Shown here piece after piece: positions 11,936 to 23,555 of a DNA stretch of 64,000 nucleotides; position 1 is the stretch's first letter; each line of letters begins with the position of its first letter. The notes beneath the pieces were generated by a model. That model had not been told where the DNA came from, did not search any database, and was given only the letters and a program-made list of their open reading frames with translations. This DNA is from Scyliorhinus canicula (taxonomy: Eukaryota). Position numbers and translations under genes: made by a program. The stretch lies in the NCBI RefSeq assembly GCF_902713615.1, contig NW_024055498.1, positions 4,582,554-4,646,553 of the forward strand, written 5' to 3'.

Positions 11936-12008
11936 GTTTCTGTAGTGTAGTGGTTATCACATTCGCCTAACACGCGAAAGGTCGCCGGTTCGAAACCGGG
12001 CAGAAACA
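11936..12008 (+). tRNA. tRNA-Val(AAC)
   Basis: 73 nt; anticodon 11969-11971 AAC; near-consensus A and B boxes; one T-stem mismatch. Confidence 0.85.
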
Positions 12009-12817
12009 TTGCGTGCTTCTCTTTTTGTGTGATGAATGTTTGCACAAAATACCTTTCTTCCTCAATCTCGCACGTTCGAGGAACATGAGATTTGGTCTCT
12101 CGTGAGATATTAAAATTCCTGCAACAAAGTCAGAAATACTGAATTTTCAAGACGCCAGGGGAAGAAAAGCCTTCCCTATTTTGCCACGATTCGGATATTA
12201 GCAGTTTGTTCATCCACCACAGAATCTTTTGGGTTTACAGATGCAGATGAACATATTTAATCACCATTTCAAACATGTCTAAATGTACGATAAAAGCAAC
12301 TTACTGCGTATGCGTCAATGGGAAAGAAAAACAGAAAACACAGGACAGTCTCATCAGGTCTGACAGCCTCTGTGGAGAGAGATGGCAAGTGTCGTTTCGA
12401 GCCTGGGTGACTCTTTGTCGAAGCTGGACAACTGGATCTTTGGTCAAGTGCAGACTGGCGGAGTGGGTGGGGGAAGGGGGGGGGGGTGGGGGGAGCGTGA
12501 AGCGTTGGGCCTCGACAGACGGCCAGCGATGGGTGGAGAATAACAAAAATGTGTTTGGGTCGAAAGAAAAAGGGAATGTAAATGTTTCTAATCAGTGTTA
12601 AGAACGGTGATGACAGAGGCGATTAGAAGATTAGAATGTATTAATGGCAGATGACAATGAGGAAAAAGGGGCGGATTTCCCAAGAGGGATGCGATTGGCT
12701 AGGGGAATGGGGAGGGGGAGACAATGGGAGAGGAAGAAATATCAATGGAAGCAATGAAAATACGTTGATGTAAATAAACTTGTGGTGAAGTGGGAAGAGT
12801 GATTTCACGGTGCGAAG

Positions 12818-13460
12818 TTGTAGTCAATAAATAGGAGCCTGATGTAGGAGTCCTTGTTTTCGAGATACTCTAGGGATCATTGTAGGGCCAGGGAAATGGC
12901 GTCTGATGTGGACTGGTTGCGACGGTGTGCGAATTGAATTGGGTCAAGGCGTTCCGGGAGTATGGAGGTGATGCGCTTCATGATCAGCCTCTCGAAGCAC
13001 TTCATTACAACTGACGTCAGGGCCACCGGGCGGTAGTCATTGAGGCATGTTGCCTGGTTCTTCTTTGGTACCGGTATGATGGTGGTCTTCTTGAAGCAGG
13101 TGGGGACCTCGGACTGGAGTAGGGATAGGTTAAAGATGTCTGTGAATACCTCTGCCAGCTGGTATGCGCAGGCTCTGAGTGCACGACCAGGGATCCTGTC
13201 CCAGCCCATCGCATTCCGTGGGTTCACTTTCAGGAAGGCCGATCTGACTTCGGAAACTTGATGGTAGGTATGGGTGAATTATGGGCTGCTGGGGCACTCG
13301 ACCGCGGATCGCTGGTTACCTGCTCAAACCGAGCATATAATGCATTAAGTTTATCGGGGAGGGGTGAGCTGCTGCCAGAGATACTGATCGGCTTCGCTTT
13401 GTAGACCGTTATGTTGTTTAGTCCTTGCCACAACCGCCGAGAGTCTGTCTGTGACTCTAG
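12818..13460 (-). mobile_element. Rex1/Babar-type non-LTR retrotransposon RT fragment
   Basis: ORF 12877-13227: [24 protein letters not shown]...[19 protein letters not shown]. Confidence 0.75.
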
Positions 13461-13989
13461 CATCTGCGGAGAAAGCGGAAAATACTGGAACAACTCAGGG
13501 AGTCAGGCGGCATTTGTCGAAAGGACAATAAAGCTCGTCTTTCGCCATCACTTTTCATTAAAACCGGGACAGGTTAGAAATGTAGGGCATCTTAACCAAG
13601 TGAAATCCCGGAGGGAGCAAACAGAACAACAGGAAAGGGCTCTAATAGGGGGCAAGTCAAGAGAGATTAAATGAGAAGAGGCCTTGGGTTCCTGGCCACA
13701 AGGGGGGGGGGGGGTTCGCATCAAATCAGAGAATGATTACACCACAGATTGAGGCCATTCCGCCCGCCGTGTCTGTGCCAGCTCTCTGTCAGATCAATGG
13801 AAGCAACAAATGTCTGTTGAGCTTCTTTGGAACAATTCAAAGTCCGAGGTCCGGAGGTCAGCGTTAAGATCCAGTTCTCCAGTCTGTTCAGTTCTCCACT
13901 TGGGCTCTGTGGATTAGAAGGGTCACAGGTAACCCTGTGGTTAACACATGAAAAAGGGACAGTTTAGTGGCTCATGTGAGTGGCTCAGT

Positions 13990-15470
13990 TTAGTGGCTCA
14001 TGAGACGAAATCTCATAGTCCTGGAACACACGAGATTCCGGCAACATTCAGGAAACAGAATTATTTTGTGCCCAATAATTGTGCAAACTTTTCTCACACG
14101 AAATGCTAAATATTTCTGCCCGGTTTCGAACCGGGGTCCTTTCGCGTGTGAAGTGAATGTGATAACCACTACACTACAGAAACCGCTGGCAGCTAATGGA
14201 CGTGCGGAATGTACAACCTCACTGTTGCTGCAGATTTTGATGGTCTGTTTGAGAGGCCAGGTCCCTTGTTGCAGACGACAGCTGTTTCTTAAATTATCAG
14301 ATGTCTCAACATATAAAATGGTGAGATGTAGAAATTATATCGAAATTAACATAAGTTATATTTTGCTTAATGTCGGTCTTAAATTTCTGCTCTTTGGTCT
14401 CGAGGTATGGGTCTCGTTTAGAGATTTTCAATCAATGCCGATGGGAGTGGTCGTGGGTTTAAATCCAGGACAAGCCCTTTACTCCAGTTCAGAAATTATG
14501 AATTGTTTGCGATGCTGACGGCAGGGTTGATTTACATTGGCCCACTCTGAAAAAGTTTTCTCAGGACTCGGAATGTTTACGTCGTTTCTCTCCCCACAGA
14601 TGATGCGCGAGAGAGAGAGAGACAGTGTCTGAGCTGGAGTGCGTTTGGATAAAATTGATGCTCCAGATCTGTGTTAACCACAGGGACGTGACCCATCTAA
14701 TCCACAGAGCCAAAGTGGAGAATTGAACTGACTGGGGAGCTGGATCTTAACGCTGACATCCCGGACCTCGGCGTCGTGAAATGTTCCAAAGAAGCTCAAC
14801 AGACACTCCAGGAACAGCAGCGCATCTTTCGACTGGGCTCAATACAGCTTTCACACTCAGTGTGTGTTCAGCAGTTTCACACTGTAAATGCTGCACCCAT
14901 TTTGTGTGTCCTTACATCGCAGATTTGGGTGTCAATCTTGTTTCCACTTGTTCTTTGTGACCGGGCGGAAGTTGTTGATCAACATGCCATCGATAGTTCC
15001 TCCAGACATACCTTTTGTTTCTTTGTTTCTTCCATTCCGCTAACAGAGAGCTGGCACAGACACGGCGGCCGGAATGGCCTCATACTGTGGTCTCATTCTT
15101 CTTTGATTTGATGCTAACCTAACTCTGTGGCTAGGGCCTCTTCTCATTTAATCTCTCCCGACTTTCCCCCTATTAGAGCCCTTTCCTGTTGTTCTGTTTC
15201 CTCCCTCCGGGAGTTCACTTGGTTAAGACGTACTATATTTCTAACCTGTCCCGGTTTTAATGAAAGGTGATGGTGAAAGACGAACTTTGTTGTCCTGTCG
15301 ACAAATGACGCCTGACTACCTGAGATGTTACAGTACTTTTGGCGTTCTCCGCAGATGTTAGATTGATTTTCGATGGCAATGACAGTATGCTTTGGCTCTT
15401 TTCGCGGGACGCGTTGATCTAGGGGTATGATTCTCGCTTTGGGTGTCTCGCTGTCGGAATTAGCGAGAGG
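13990..15470. repeat. Block duplicated at about 22120-23400 and 21230-21444; its tRNA-Val part is an inverted homolog of the 5.7-12.8 kb units
   Basis: Long near-identical stretches (e.g. gtgaaatgttccaaagaagctcaacag at about 14776 and 22913); paralogous ORFs 14000-14518 vs 22211-22657 and 14776-15111 vs 22913-23254. Confidence 0.85.
14111..14183 (-). tRNA. tRNA-Val(CAC)
   Basis: Reverse complement GTTTCTGTAGTGTAGTGGTTATCACATTCACTTCACACGCGAAAGGACCCCGGTTCGAAACCGGGCAGAAATA; one anticodon-stem mismatch. Confidence 0.8.
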
Positions 15471-15473
15471 TCC
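15408..15473 (+). pseudogene. 3'-truncated tRNA-Pro(TGG) with an 18-nt intron-like insert (15444-15461)
   Basis: CTCGC-TT-TGG-G-[tgtctcgctgtcggaatt]-A-GCGAG-AGGTCC; T arm and 3' acceptor strand are missing. Confidence 0.7.
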
Positions 15474-16329
15474 AGCAGGCCATATCCTTCAATGGTGCGG
15501 CGATCCCAATGTCGCAGCCGGCTCACGGTACTTGTTATCACAACATTATCACATCTTGCTTTATTGCAGCAGAGAAATGCATTCCTCTGATTGCCAGCGA
15601 CACGCCAGTGAAAGACAAGGCCAGTAAAATTGGGCAGCCAATACCTGGGCATAAATATGTACGTAGAAATCCTGGAAGTTTGTCACTCGCGGAATTATTA
15701 TAGCGCCAGGAATGTTATAGCACTCAGAATCACAGATGCACAGAACCAAGCAATTCAGATGAGGCCTTCCGGTCAATCGAGTCTGCACCAACATGTGAAA
15801 AATACAGGACTAACTACAGGAACTCATTTGTCAGCACGTGTTCCATAGCCTTGAATGTGAAGACGTGCCATGTGTTCAGCCAGGTACTATTTAATGGATG
15901 TGAAGCACACTGCCTCTACCACCCTCCCACGTAGTTTACTCCAAACAGTCACCATCCTCTGGCTAAATAAGATTTTCGTCAAATTCACCATAACCTCCTG
16001 CCCCTCACCTTGAACTTGTGTCCCCCCGTAACTGACCCTTCAACTAAGGGGAACAACTGCTCCCTATCCACCCTGCCATGCCCCTCATAATCTTGTACAC
16101 CCAAAACTATGCAACGTCTCTTCATAACATAAATGGGCGCAGTATGTCCCTGATCTGCGTGGGAATCGAACAGAAGACATGTCGTGTCAACAGAAATTTC
16201 AGGTATTTTCGATCGAAAAATTGATTTCTATTAAAGTCTAAACCTGGCACCATGTGCTTCCCATGTCCCAACTGATAGTAATTCTCATGTTGCTCGGCGG
16301 TTATTATACATTAAGCGTACATTGCTGTA

Positions 16330-16637
16330 ATAATAATCTTCACTAGTGTCATAAGTAGGCTTACATTAACACTGCAATGAAGTTACTGTGAAAATTCCCG
16401 AGTCACCACACTCCGGCCCCTGTTCAGGTACACAGAGGGAGAATTCAGAATGTCCAATTCGCCTAACAGCACGTCCTTTCGGGATTTGAGGGAGGAAACC
16501 GGAGCACCCGGAGGAAACCCACGTAGACACGGGGAGGACGTGCAGATATCGCACAGATAGAGAACCAAGCCGGGAATCAAACGCGGGTCCTAGGAGCATG
16601 AGGCAGCAGTGCAACCCACTGAGCCACAGTGCCGCCC
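16330..16637 (-). mobile_element. HE1-related SINE
   Basis: Reverse-complement tRNA-like head and conserved body; (TTA)n tail. Confidence 0.75.
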
Positions 16638-17091
16638 ATTAAGTACCTTGTACATTTTGTACTGCAGAACGTATTGATCCATTCTGCTTTGCGTTAAAAG
16701 AACAGATAACGAGGAGTCTTTGTCCTTGGACTTTCTGTAAGAGCAGGACATGATTTTCGTCCATCTCCTCAGTTGAGTGCCACCCTCTGCCGGTAGGTAG
16801 ATATTCTGGTTTTAAAGTTACAATACAATTTGCGGTATGATAGACCATAATAAGACCATAAGACTATTAGACATAGGAGCAGAATTAGGTCACTTGGCCC
16901 ATCGAGTCCGCTCTGCCATTCAATCATGGCTGATGTTTTCAACCATAGCTCTCAAGATTTCCCAAACTATTCCTCTCTTGATCTACACAAGGACAGAGAC
17001 ATGTCCGGTAAATAGACATGATTGCTTGCCTGAGCCTGGGGTCAATTCCTTCTCGGAAAGGAACCTCAGTGATGCTGTAAACACTCACTCA

Positions 17092-17130
17092 GGGTTGTGT
17101 ACGGGGCTTTAGGTTTTCTCGAACGCTGTT
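17092..17130 (-). promoter_or_regulatory. Defective 23-RSS of the V pseudogene
   Basis: Heptamer AACAGCG (CAC lost), 23-nt spacer, nonamer ACACAACCC. Confidence 0.7.
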
Positions 17131-17842
17131 TCTCAGTGCGCAGTAATAGACCTCCCCGTCCTCCACATCGAATGCGCTTTTACTGAGGTAACCGTTCTGT
17201 TTAGATTTGTCAGCAAACGCCAGATATCGTCCTGAACCCACATCTTTCTTCATTGCTGAGTTGTTGGTGAGAATCCATCTCAGTGGCTGTGCCGGTTTCT
17301 CCTGATATCATTGCATTTTGTACATGTTGGGGCCTTTATATTGGCAATTTAACTTCACCGAAGCCCCTTCTGAGACTGTTATTGTCACTGGTGACTGAGC
17401 TACTGGATTGAACATTGCCGGCATGCGAAAGTGAAGGACTGAAATGAACAGATTGTTGTTCCTTTATAAAGTTAGAGTTTGTTCAATTAAGAGGTGCTTT
17501 TTAGCGTGGCCACTCCACTGAGCCTGTACATCTAGGTTGTGGGAGTGAGAATGTTCAAACACCACACGGACAGTGATCTGGGACCGGGATCGAACCCGTG
17601 TCCTCAGTGCAATGAGGCAGCAGTGCCAACCATTGCGCCACCGTGCCGCCCTGAGTTTAAACAGAGTTGATACAAATTTGCTTGTATCTGCGGCATTTTC
17701 TGGGACCTCTGATGCAGGCACTTCATAGACATTCCCGATCGTTAATTATACTCTAGCCTATGTGTATTAATATGCTAATCTGGTTTAATTAGCACTATAA
17801 CTACTTACTGTGCCAAAGCGCTGTCAGTATTATCACAACCAT
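17131..17842 (-). pseudogene. TCR alpha/delta-type V pseudogene (leader exon 17842-17809, V exon 17438-17131)
   Basis: Leader MVVIILTALWH with GT donor, phase-1 intron; V reads NPVAQSP...VKLNCQYKGPNMYKMQ*YQEKPAQPLRW...DGEVYYCALR, with conserved Trp41 mutated to TGA. Confidence 0.85.
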
Positions 17843-18504
17843 GTCTGACTGAATCGCTCTCAGTGAACTGAACTGGACTGAGTCAGGGATTGTGCAGGGG
17901 AGAGGGAACTCAGTGCAGTGCAGGGAGAGGGTCTATTGTGACATCACTCGCCTCCCATCCTATCGGCTTGGCCGACACCATCAGGTGAGTTTCTGACGCC
18001 CGTGCTTGAATTTGGCGCCCTCTGCTGCCGGATTCGGTTTACTCCGTGTTAGAATTCGGCTGTTGAGTGGATTCAGTGTTGACTGCAATGCATATCAGAG
18101 CGAGAAACCTGGACAGAAATCTAAATTTCAGCTGTTAATACACTATCTTTGTCACGATAGGTGTTTCTAATCAAAAAATGATGCTTAATCTGTAGTTCTC
18201 GGTTCACACCATGGATGCGATGAAGTCGAAAGAATGCCAAGATTTTGGTGGACATGCGGAGGTTAGAACTCAGAATAATAGCAGGGCTCAACAGACTAGT
18301 TTTCTTTATTTTGGTTCTGACGAAGAAGGTACAAAAGTGGAACTGCTCTGAACCTTGCTTTTTTCAGAGACCAAATTGTCTGGAATTATTTTCATTAGCT
18401 GAAGGTGAAATGTCCAATGAAGAAAATAGGTGAATGTTATTTCATGCTGCAAGTGTTTGCGAGACAATGAAACGTTACAGAGGACTTTGAATGGATCAGC
18501 ACCC

Positions 18505-18538
18505 AGGCACGGGCGGGATTCGAACCCGCGATTTTTGG
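18505..18538 (-). pseudogene. 3' fragment of a tRNA, most similar to Thr(CGT), abutting a LINE fragment
   Basis: Reverse complement ends atcgcgggttcgaatcccgcccgtgcct (T arm plus acceptor strand). Confidence 0.45.
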
Positions 18539-18539
18539 G

Positions 18540-19440
18540 ATTATGGTGTTGAAGGCGGAGCTGTAGTCAATAAATAGGAGTCTGATGCAGGAGTCCTTGT
18601 TTTCGAGATGCTCTAGGGATGAGTGTAGGGCCAGGGAAATGCTGTCTGATGTTGACCGGTTGCGACAGTATGCGAATTGAAGTGGGTCAAGGCGTTCTAG
18701 GAGTATGGAGGTGATGCGCTTCATACGGTAGCATGGTGGCTAGCATCGATGCTTCACAGCTCCAGGGTCCCAGGTTCGATTCCCGGCTGGGTCACTGTCT
18801 GTGTGGAAGTCTGCAGGTCCCCCCCGTGTGTGCGTGGGTTTCCTCCGGGTGCTCCGGTTTCCTCCCACAGTCCAAAGATGTGCGGGTTAGGTGGATTGGC
18901 CATGCTAAATTGCCCGTAGTGTAAGGTTAATGGGGGGATTGTTGGGTTACGGGTATACGGGTTACGTGGGTTTAAGTAGGGTGATCATTGCTCGGCACAA
19001 CATTGAGAGCCGAAGGGGCTGTACTGTTCTATGTTCTATGATCAGCCTCTCGAAGCACTTCATTACAATTGACGTCAGGGCCGCCGGAGGGTAGTCATTG
19101 AGGCATGTTGCCTCGTTCTTCATTGGTACCGGTATGATGGTGGTCTTCTTGAAGCAGGTGGGGACCGCGGAGTGGAGTAGGGATAGGTTAAAGATGTCTG
19201 TGAATACCTCTGCCAGCTGGTATGCGCAGGCTCTGAGTGCACGACCAGGGATCCCGTCCGGGCCCGTCGCCTTCCGTGGGTTCACTTTCCAGAAGGCCGA
19301 TCTGACTTCAGAAACTGTGATGGTGGGTATGGGTGAATTAAGGGCTGCTGGGGCACTCGACAGCGGCTTGTTGGTTACCTGCTCAAACCGAGCATAGAAT
19401 GCATTAAGTTCATCGGGAAGCGATGCGCTGCTGCCAGAGA
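18540..19440 (-). mobile_element. Rex1/Babar-type RT fragment split by a nested HE1 SINE (18723-19037, + strand)
   Basis: ORFs 18437-18724 and 18962-19537 are collinear with the uninterrupted copy near 12970 (gcgcttcat|gatcagcc). Confidence 0.8.
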
Positions 19441-19451
19441 TACAGTAAGAC

Positions 19452-19620
19452 GTCTTACAACACCAGGTTAAAGTCCAACAGGTTTGTTTCAAACACGAGC
19501 TTTCGGAGCGCAGCTCCTTCCTCAGGTGAATCACCAAACAGAATCATTTAACCTGGTGTTGTAAGACTTCTTGCTGTGCTCACCCCAGTCCAACGCCGGC
19601 ATCTCTACATCATGGCCAGA
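19452..19620. mobile_element. Penelope-type terminal fragment with 21-bp inverted repeats and a hammerhead-like motif
   Basis: gtcttacaacaccaggttaaa (19452-19472) and tttaacctggtgttgtaagac (19547-19567). Confidence 0.6.
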
Positions 19621-20237
19621 GATACTGCTCGACCCGGCCCGGTTATGTAGATCTTTGGGCTTTTTTTCTGAGGGATTCTTCTCCAGCGACCGCTGAGATC
19701 GGCCCAAAGAAGATTTTAAGACAGATGTGGTTGGATTCTCAACTGAACAGGTAATCAAAGGTTATCCGGGGTAGGTGAAATGTGAATCTGAGGTCATGTT
19801 CGCATCTGTCACGAACTTATTGAATGTTGGAGAAGGCTCAAGGGGATGAATAGCCAACTCCTGCTCAACATTCGTCTGTCAGCAGGTCCGTGAGGGGGTG
19901 TCACAATCTCCTGAGTTATCGAGGGAGACACAGCATCGTTGAGCTATTCCCCAGCTCGGCGCCATGAAGGATATTGCAGCGATAGAGGCGACTCCATGCC
20001 GCAGCCGGTGCACGTTACGTGTTATCAGAACAGGAAAATCGCTTATTTTCACGAGTCAGCTTCAAATGAAATTACTCTGAAAATCTCCTAGTCGTCACAT
20101 TCCGGCGCCTGTTCGGGGAGGCTGTTACGGGAATCGAACCGTCCTGCTGGCCTGCTTGGTCTGCTTTCAAAGCCAGCGATTTAGCCCTGTCCGAAAAAGC
20201 CCCTAAAAACATATCATCCAGGAGTGGAACAACAATC

Positions 20238-20254
20238 CGTCTCTGGGTGGGATC

Positions 20255-20311
<57 letters not shown>
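20238..20311 (-). tRNA. tRNA-Asn(GTT)
   Basis: Reverse complement GTCTCCGTGGCGCAATCGGTTAGCGCGTTCGGCTGTTAACCGAAAGGTTGGTGGTTCGATCCCACCCAGAGACG; 74 nt with a near-canonical cloverleaf. Confidence 0.93.
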
Positions 20312-20985
20312 GTCAACCGAATCACAACTCTGTGCATTTCAACAGTGACGGCCAATCCTCTGATTGCCAGGGACTGAATGAGAATGCTGGCAATATTGGT
20401 CCCCTGAGGCAGTGCGGAAAATATCTGGAAGGACCGTACACATGGTCCCGCGGACATGGACATTTGTGAAACGTGGAATCATCACAGGCCCGTGGATTTT
20501 ACAGAACTCACTTGGACAGCACCACACTTTCTTTGAAACACGTCCCTTATCTGGGAACCTCCATAACAGAAACCAGGAAGTGTCAACATAGATTTGATGT
20601 ATTTTCGATCAGAAAGTCGATGTTCCGCTGAAGACTACTAGGGGCTCAGACTCATTGGCATAAGGTCGACCTAAGTTAACGGTCCTGGAAGATTTTATTA
20701 TCCCCACATCTGAGAACTTTCATTACTGCTGCTCGGAAGTGGATATTCCAAGCTTGAATTTACTGTGCATCGCGACATGCTGATGAATCTCACGAATCCG
20801 AAACGGCTCCTCTATTGACTTATACAAGGACAGAGACGGCAATGCAATTGTGGAGAAATAGACCTGAGTATTTTTCTGAATCCAGATCAAACCATCCTCC
20901 GGTTCAAGGGCAGGAACGCAAATTTACTGGATTGGAAAATACTCTCTGAGGCTGTACGTGGTTGTAGCTGCTTTGTGACACTGGG

Positions 20986-21227
20986 CTCACTGCACAGTAA
21001 TAGACCGCTCCATCCTCCACACTGAGCGCGTTTATATTGAGGTAACCATTCTTTTTAGACTTGTTGGCAGCCGCCAGATATCGTCCTGAGATCTCCTCTT
21101 TCTTCATCGTCAATATGTTAATGATGACCAATCTCGGCGGCTGTGCCGGCTTTTGCTGATACCATAGCATGTGGTACATCGTCCGGTCTGCGTATTCGCA
21201 ATCTAACTGCACTGTACCCCCTTCTGA
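20986..21227 (-). pseudogene. 5'-truncated TCR alpha/delta-type V pseudogene, paralog of 17131-17438
   Basis: SEGGTVQLDCEYADRTMYHMLWYQQKPAQPPRL...EDGAVYYCAVS; leader and start of FR1 replaced by a Penelope-type repeat; RSS heptamer CCCAGTG (20985-20979), 23 spacer, weak nonamer ACAGCCTCA. Confidence 0.85.
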
Positions 21228-21396
21228 TTTCTAACCTGTCCCGGTTTTAATGAAAGGTGATGGTGAAAGACGAAATTTGTTGTCCTGTCGACAAATGCCT
21301 CCTGACTCCCTGAGATGTTGCAGTACTTTTGGCGTTCTCCGCAGATGTTAGATTGATTTTCGATGGCAATGACAGTATGCTTTGACTCTTTTTCGG

Positions 21397-21444
21397 GGCT
21401 CGTTGGTCTAGGGGTATGATTCACGCTTTGGGTGTGTCGCTGTC
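21397..21444 (+). pseudogene. 5' half of tRNA-Pro(TGG) plus 12 nt of intron-like insert, truncated
   Basis: GGCTCGTTGGTCTAGGGGTATGATTCACGCTTTGGG-tgtgtcgctgtc; insert nearly identical to 15444-15455. Confidence 0.7.
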
Positions 21445-22247
21445 ACTTCCCCCTCCTCCACATGTTTCTTCCATCAACTTATCATCCCTTCCATTGATAT
21501 GTTTTACCCTAAGCATTGCCCCCCTCCCCCCAGCCCATACCATCCTACTTCAGCAATCTGATCCCTGTTTGTTATTGTTCTCTGACACACTGCTTACCTT
21601 TGTTCTGCCCTTAACACATTCTGACCGCTTGATGCGCCATCAGCACCTTTCATAGCCTTGCTTAGCCTCATTTACATTCCTTTTTCTTTCTGCCCGAGAC
21701 ATTTTCGTCATTTCCCACCTATTGCTAGCTCTCTATCGAGACCTAATACAGCACTCCACCACCCCCACCCCCACCCACAATCGTCTGAATCTCCAGTTCC
21801 AGTTCTCCAGCTTTGACAAAGAGTCCACTTGACTGGAAACGACAGCTGCCATTTCGCTCCCCAGAGGCTGTCAGACCTGCTGAGATTATCCAGTATTTTC
21901 TGTTTTTGTTTCCGTTTGAAGCATCCGCAGTAAATTGCATTTGTCATACATTTAGACATGTTTGAGATGGTGATTAAATATGTTCATTTGTAAATCGCTG
22001 AAACTCTGTTGTGGATGAACTAGCTGCTAATATCCGAGGTGTGCCAAGATATGAAAATTCTTTACCTCTCATTGCCTGCCGAAAATTCAGTGCTTGGGCT
22101 CTAATGTTCAATTCAGTGTAGTGGCTCATGTGAGACGAAATTTCATAGTCCTGGAAAACACGAGATTCCGGCAACATTCAGGAAATATAATTATTTTGTG
22201 CTGAATAATTGTGCAAACCTTTCTCACACGAAATGCTAAATGTTCGA

Positions 22248-22320
22248 TGTTTTTGCCCGGTTTCGAACCGGGGACTTTTCGCGTGTGGGGCGAATGTGAT
22301 AACCACTACACTACAGAAAC
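22248..22320 (-). tRNA. tRNA-Val(CAC), possibly pseudogene
   Basis: 73-nt Val body; anticodon CAC; U33 replaced by C. Confidence 0.7.
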
Positions 22321-23555
22321 CGCTGTCAATCAATGGACGTGCGGAATGTACAACCTCACTGTGTTGCTGCAGATTCTGATGGTCTGTTTGAGAGGCCAGG
22401 TCCCTTGTTGCAAGCGACAGCTGTTTCTTAAATGAACAGATGTCTCAACATATAAAGCCGTGAGGTGTAGAAATTATATCGAAATTAACATAAGTTATAT
22501 TTTGCTGAATGTCGGTCTTAAATTTGTGCTCTTTGGTCTCGAGGTCTGGTTCTCGTTTAAGGATTTTCAAGCAATGCCTGTGGGAGTGGTCGTGGGTTTA
22601 AATCCAGGACAGGCTCTTTACTCCAGGTCAGGGATTATGAATTGTTTGCGATGCTGACGGCGGGGTTGATTTACATTGGCCCACTCTGAAAAAGATTTCT
22701 CAGGACTCGGAATGTTTACGTCGTTTCTCTCCCCACAGATGATGTTCGAGAGAGAGAGACAGTGTCTGAGCTGGAGTGCGTTTGGATAAAATTGATGCTC
22801 CAGATATGTGTTAACCACAGGGACGTGACCCATCTAATCCACAGAGCCAAAGTGGAGAATTGAACTGACTGGAGAGCTGGATCTTAACGCTGACCTCCCG
22901 GACCTCGGCGTCGTGAAATGTTCCAAAGAAGCTCAACAGCCACTCGAGGAACAGCAGCGCATCTTTCCACTGGGCTCAATACAGCTTTCACACTCAGTGT
23001 GTGTTCAGCAGTTTCACACTATAAATGCTGCCCCCATTTTGTGTGTCCTTCCATCGCAGATTTGGGTTTCAATCTTGTTTCCACTTGTTCTTTGTGTCCG
23101 GGTGGCAGTTGTTGATCAATCTGCCATCGATAGCTCCTCCAGACATATCTTTTGTTTCTTTGTTTCTTCCATTGCGCTGACAGAGAGCTGGCACAGACAC
23201 GGCGGCCGGAATGGCCTCATACTGTGGTGTCATTATTCTCTGATTCGATGCTAATCTCACTCTGTGGCCAGGGTCCCAAGGCCTTTTCTCATTTAATCTC
23301 TCCTGACTTGCCCCCCATTAGAGCCCTTTCCTGTTGTTCTGTTTCCTCCCTCCGGGATTTCACTTGCTTCTAATTTTCTACATTTCTAACCTTTCCAGGT
23401 TTCAATGGAAGGTCAAGGAGGTGAAAGATGAATTTTGTTTCCCTGTCCACAAATGCAGCCTGACTGCCTGAGATTTCCCAGCATTTTCCGCAGATATCTG
23501 ATTGGCTGTGGGTGGCAATGGAAGTGTCTGTTGGCTCAATCAAGTCGCTCCTACT

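Larger units (their letters stand above)
5721..12820 (+). repeat. Tandem segmental duplication of about 2.7-3.0 kb units (about 2.5 copies) carrying tRNA genes
   Basis: Unit starts recur near 5721, 8690 and 11435 (ccagtttagtct.tcgctaaatattacctc); each unit has Arg tRNA, SINE remnant and Val tRNA, then a Penelope remnant; the two complete units end in a second Val tRNA. Confidence 0.85.

Noticed and set aside
21825-21880. Hammerhead-like arrangement in other Penelope ends (also near 6690, 9650, 12410 and 28310)
   Set aside because: The core reads TTTGACAA or TTCGACAA rather than CUGANGA, and GAAA or the stems are often mutated, so they are not called ribozymes.
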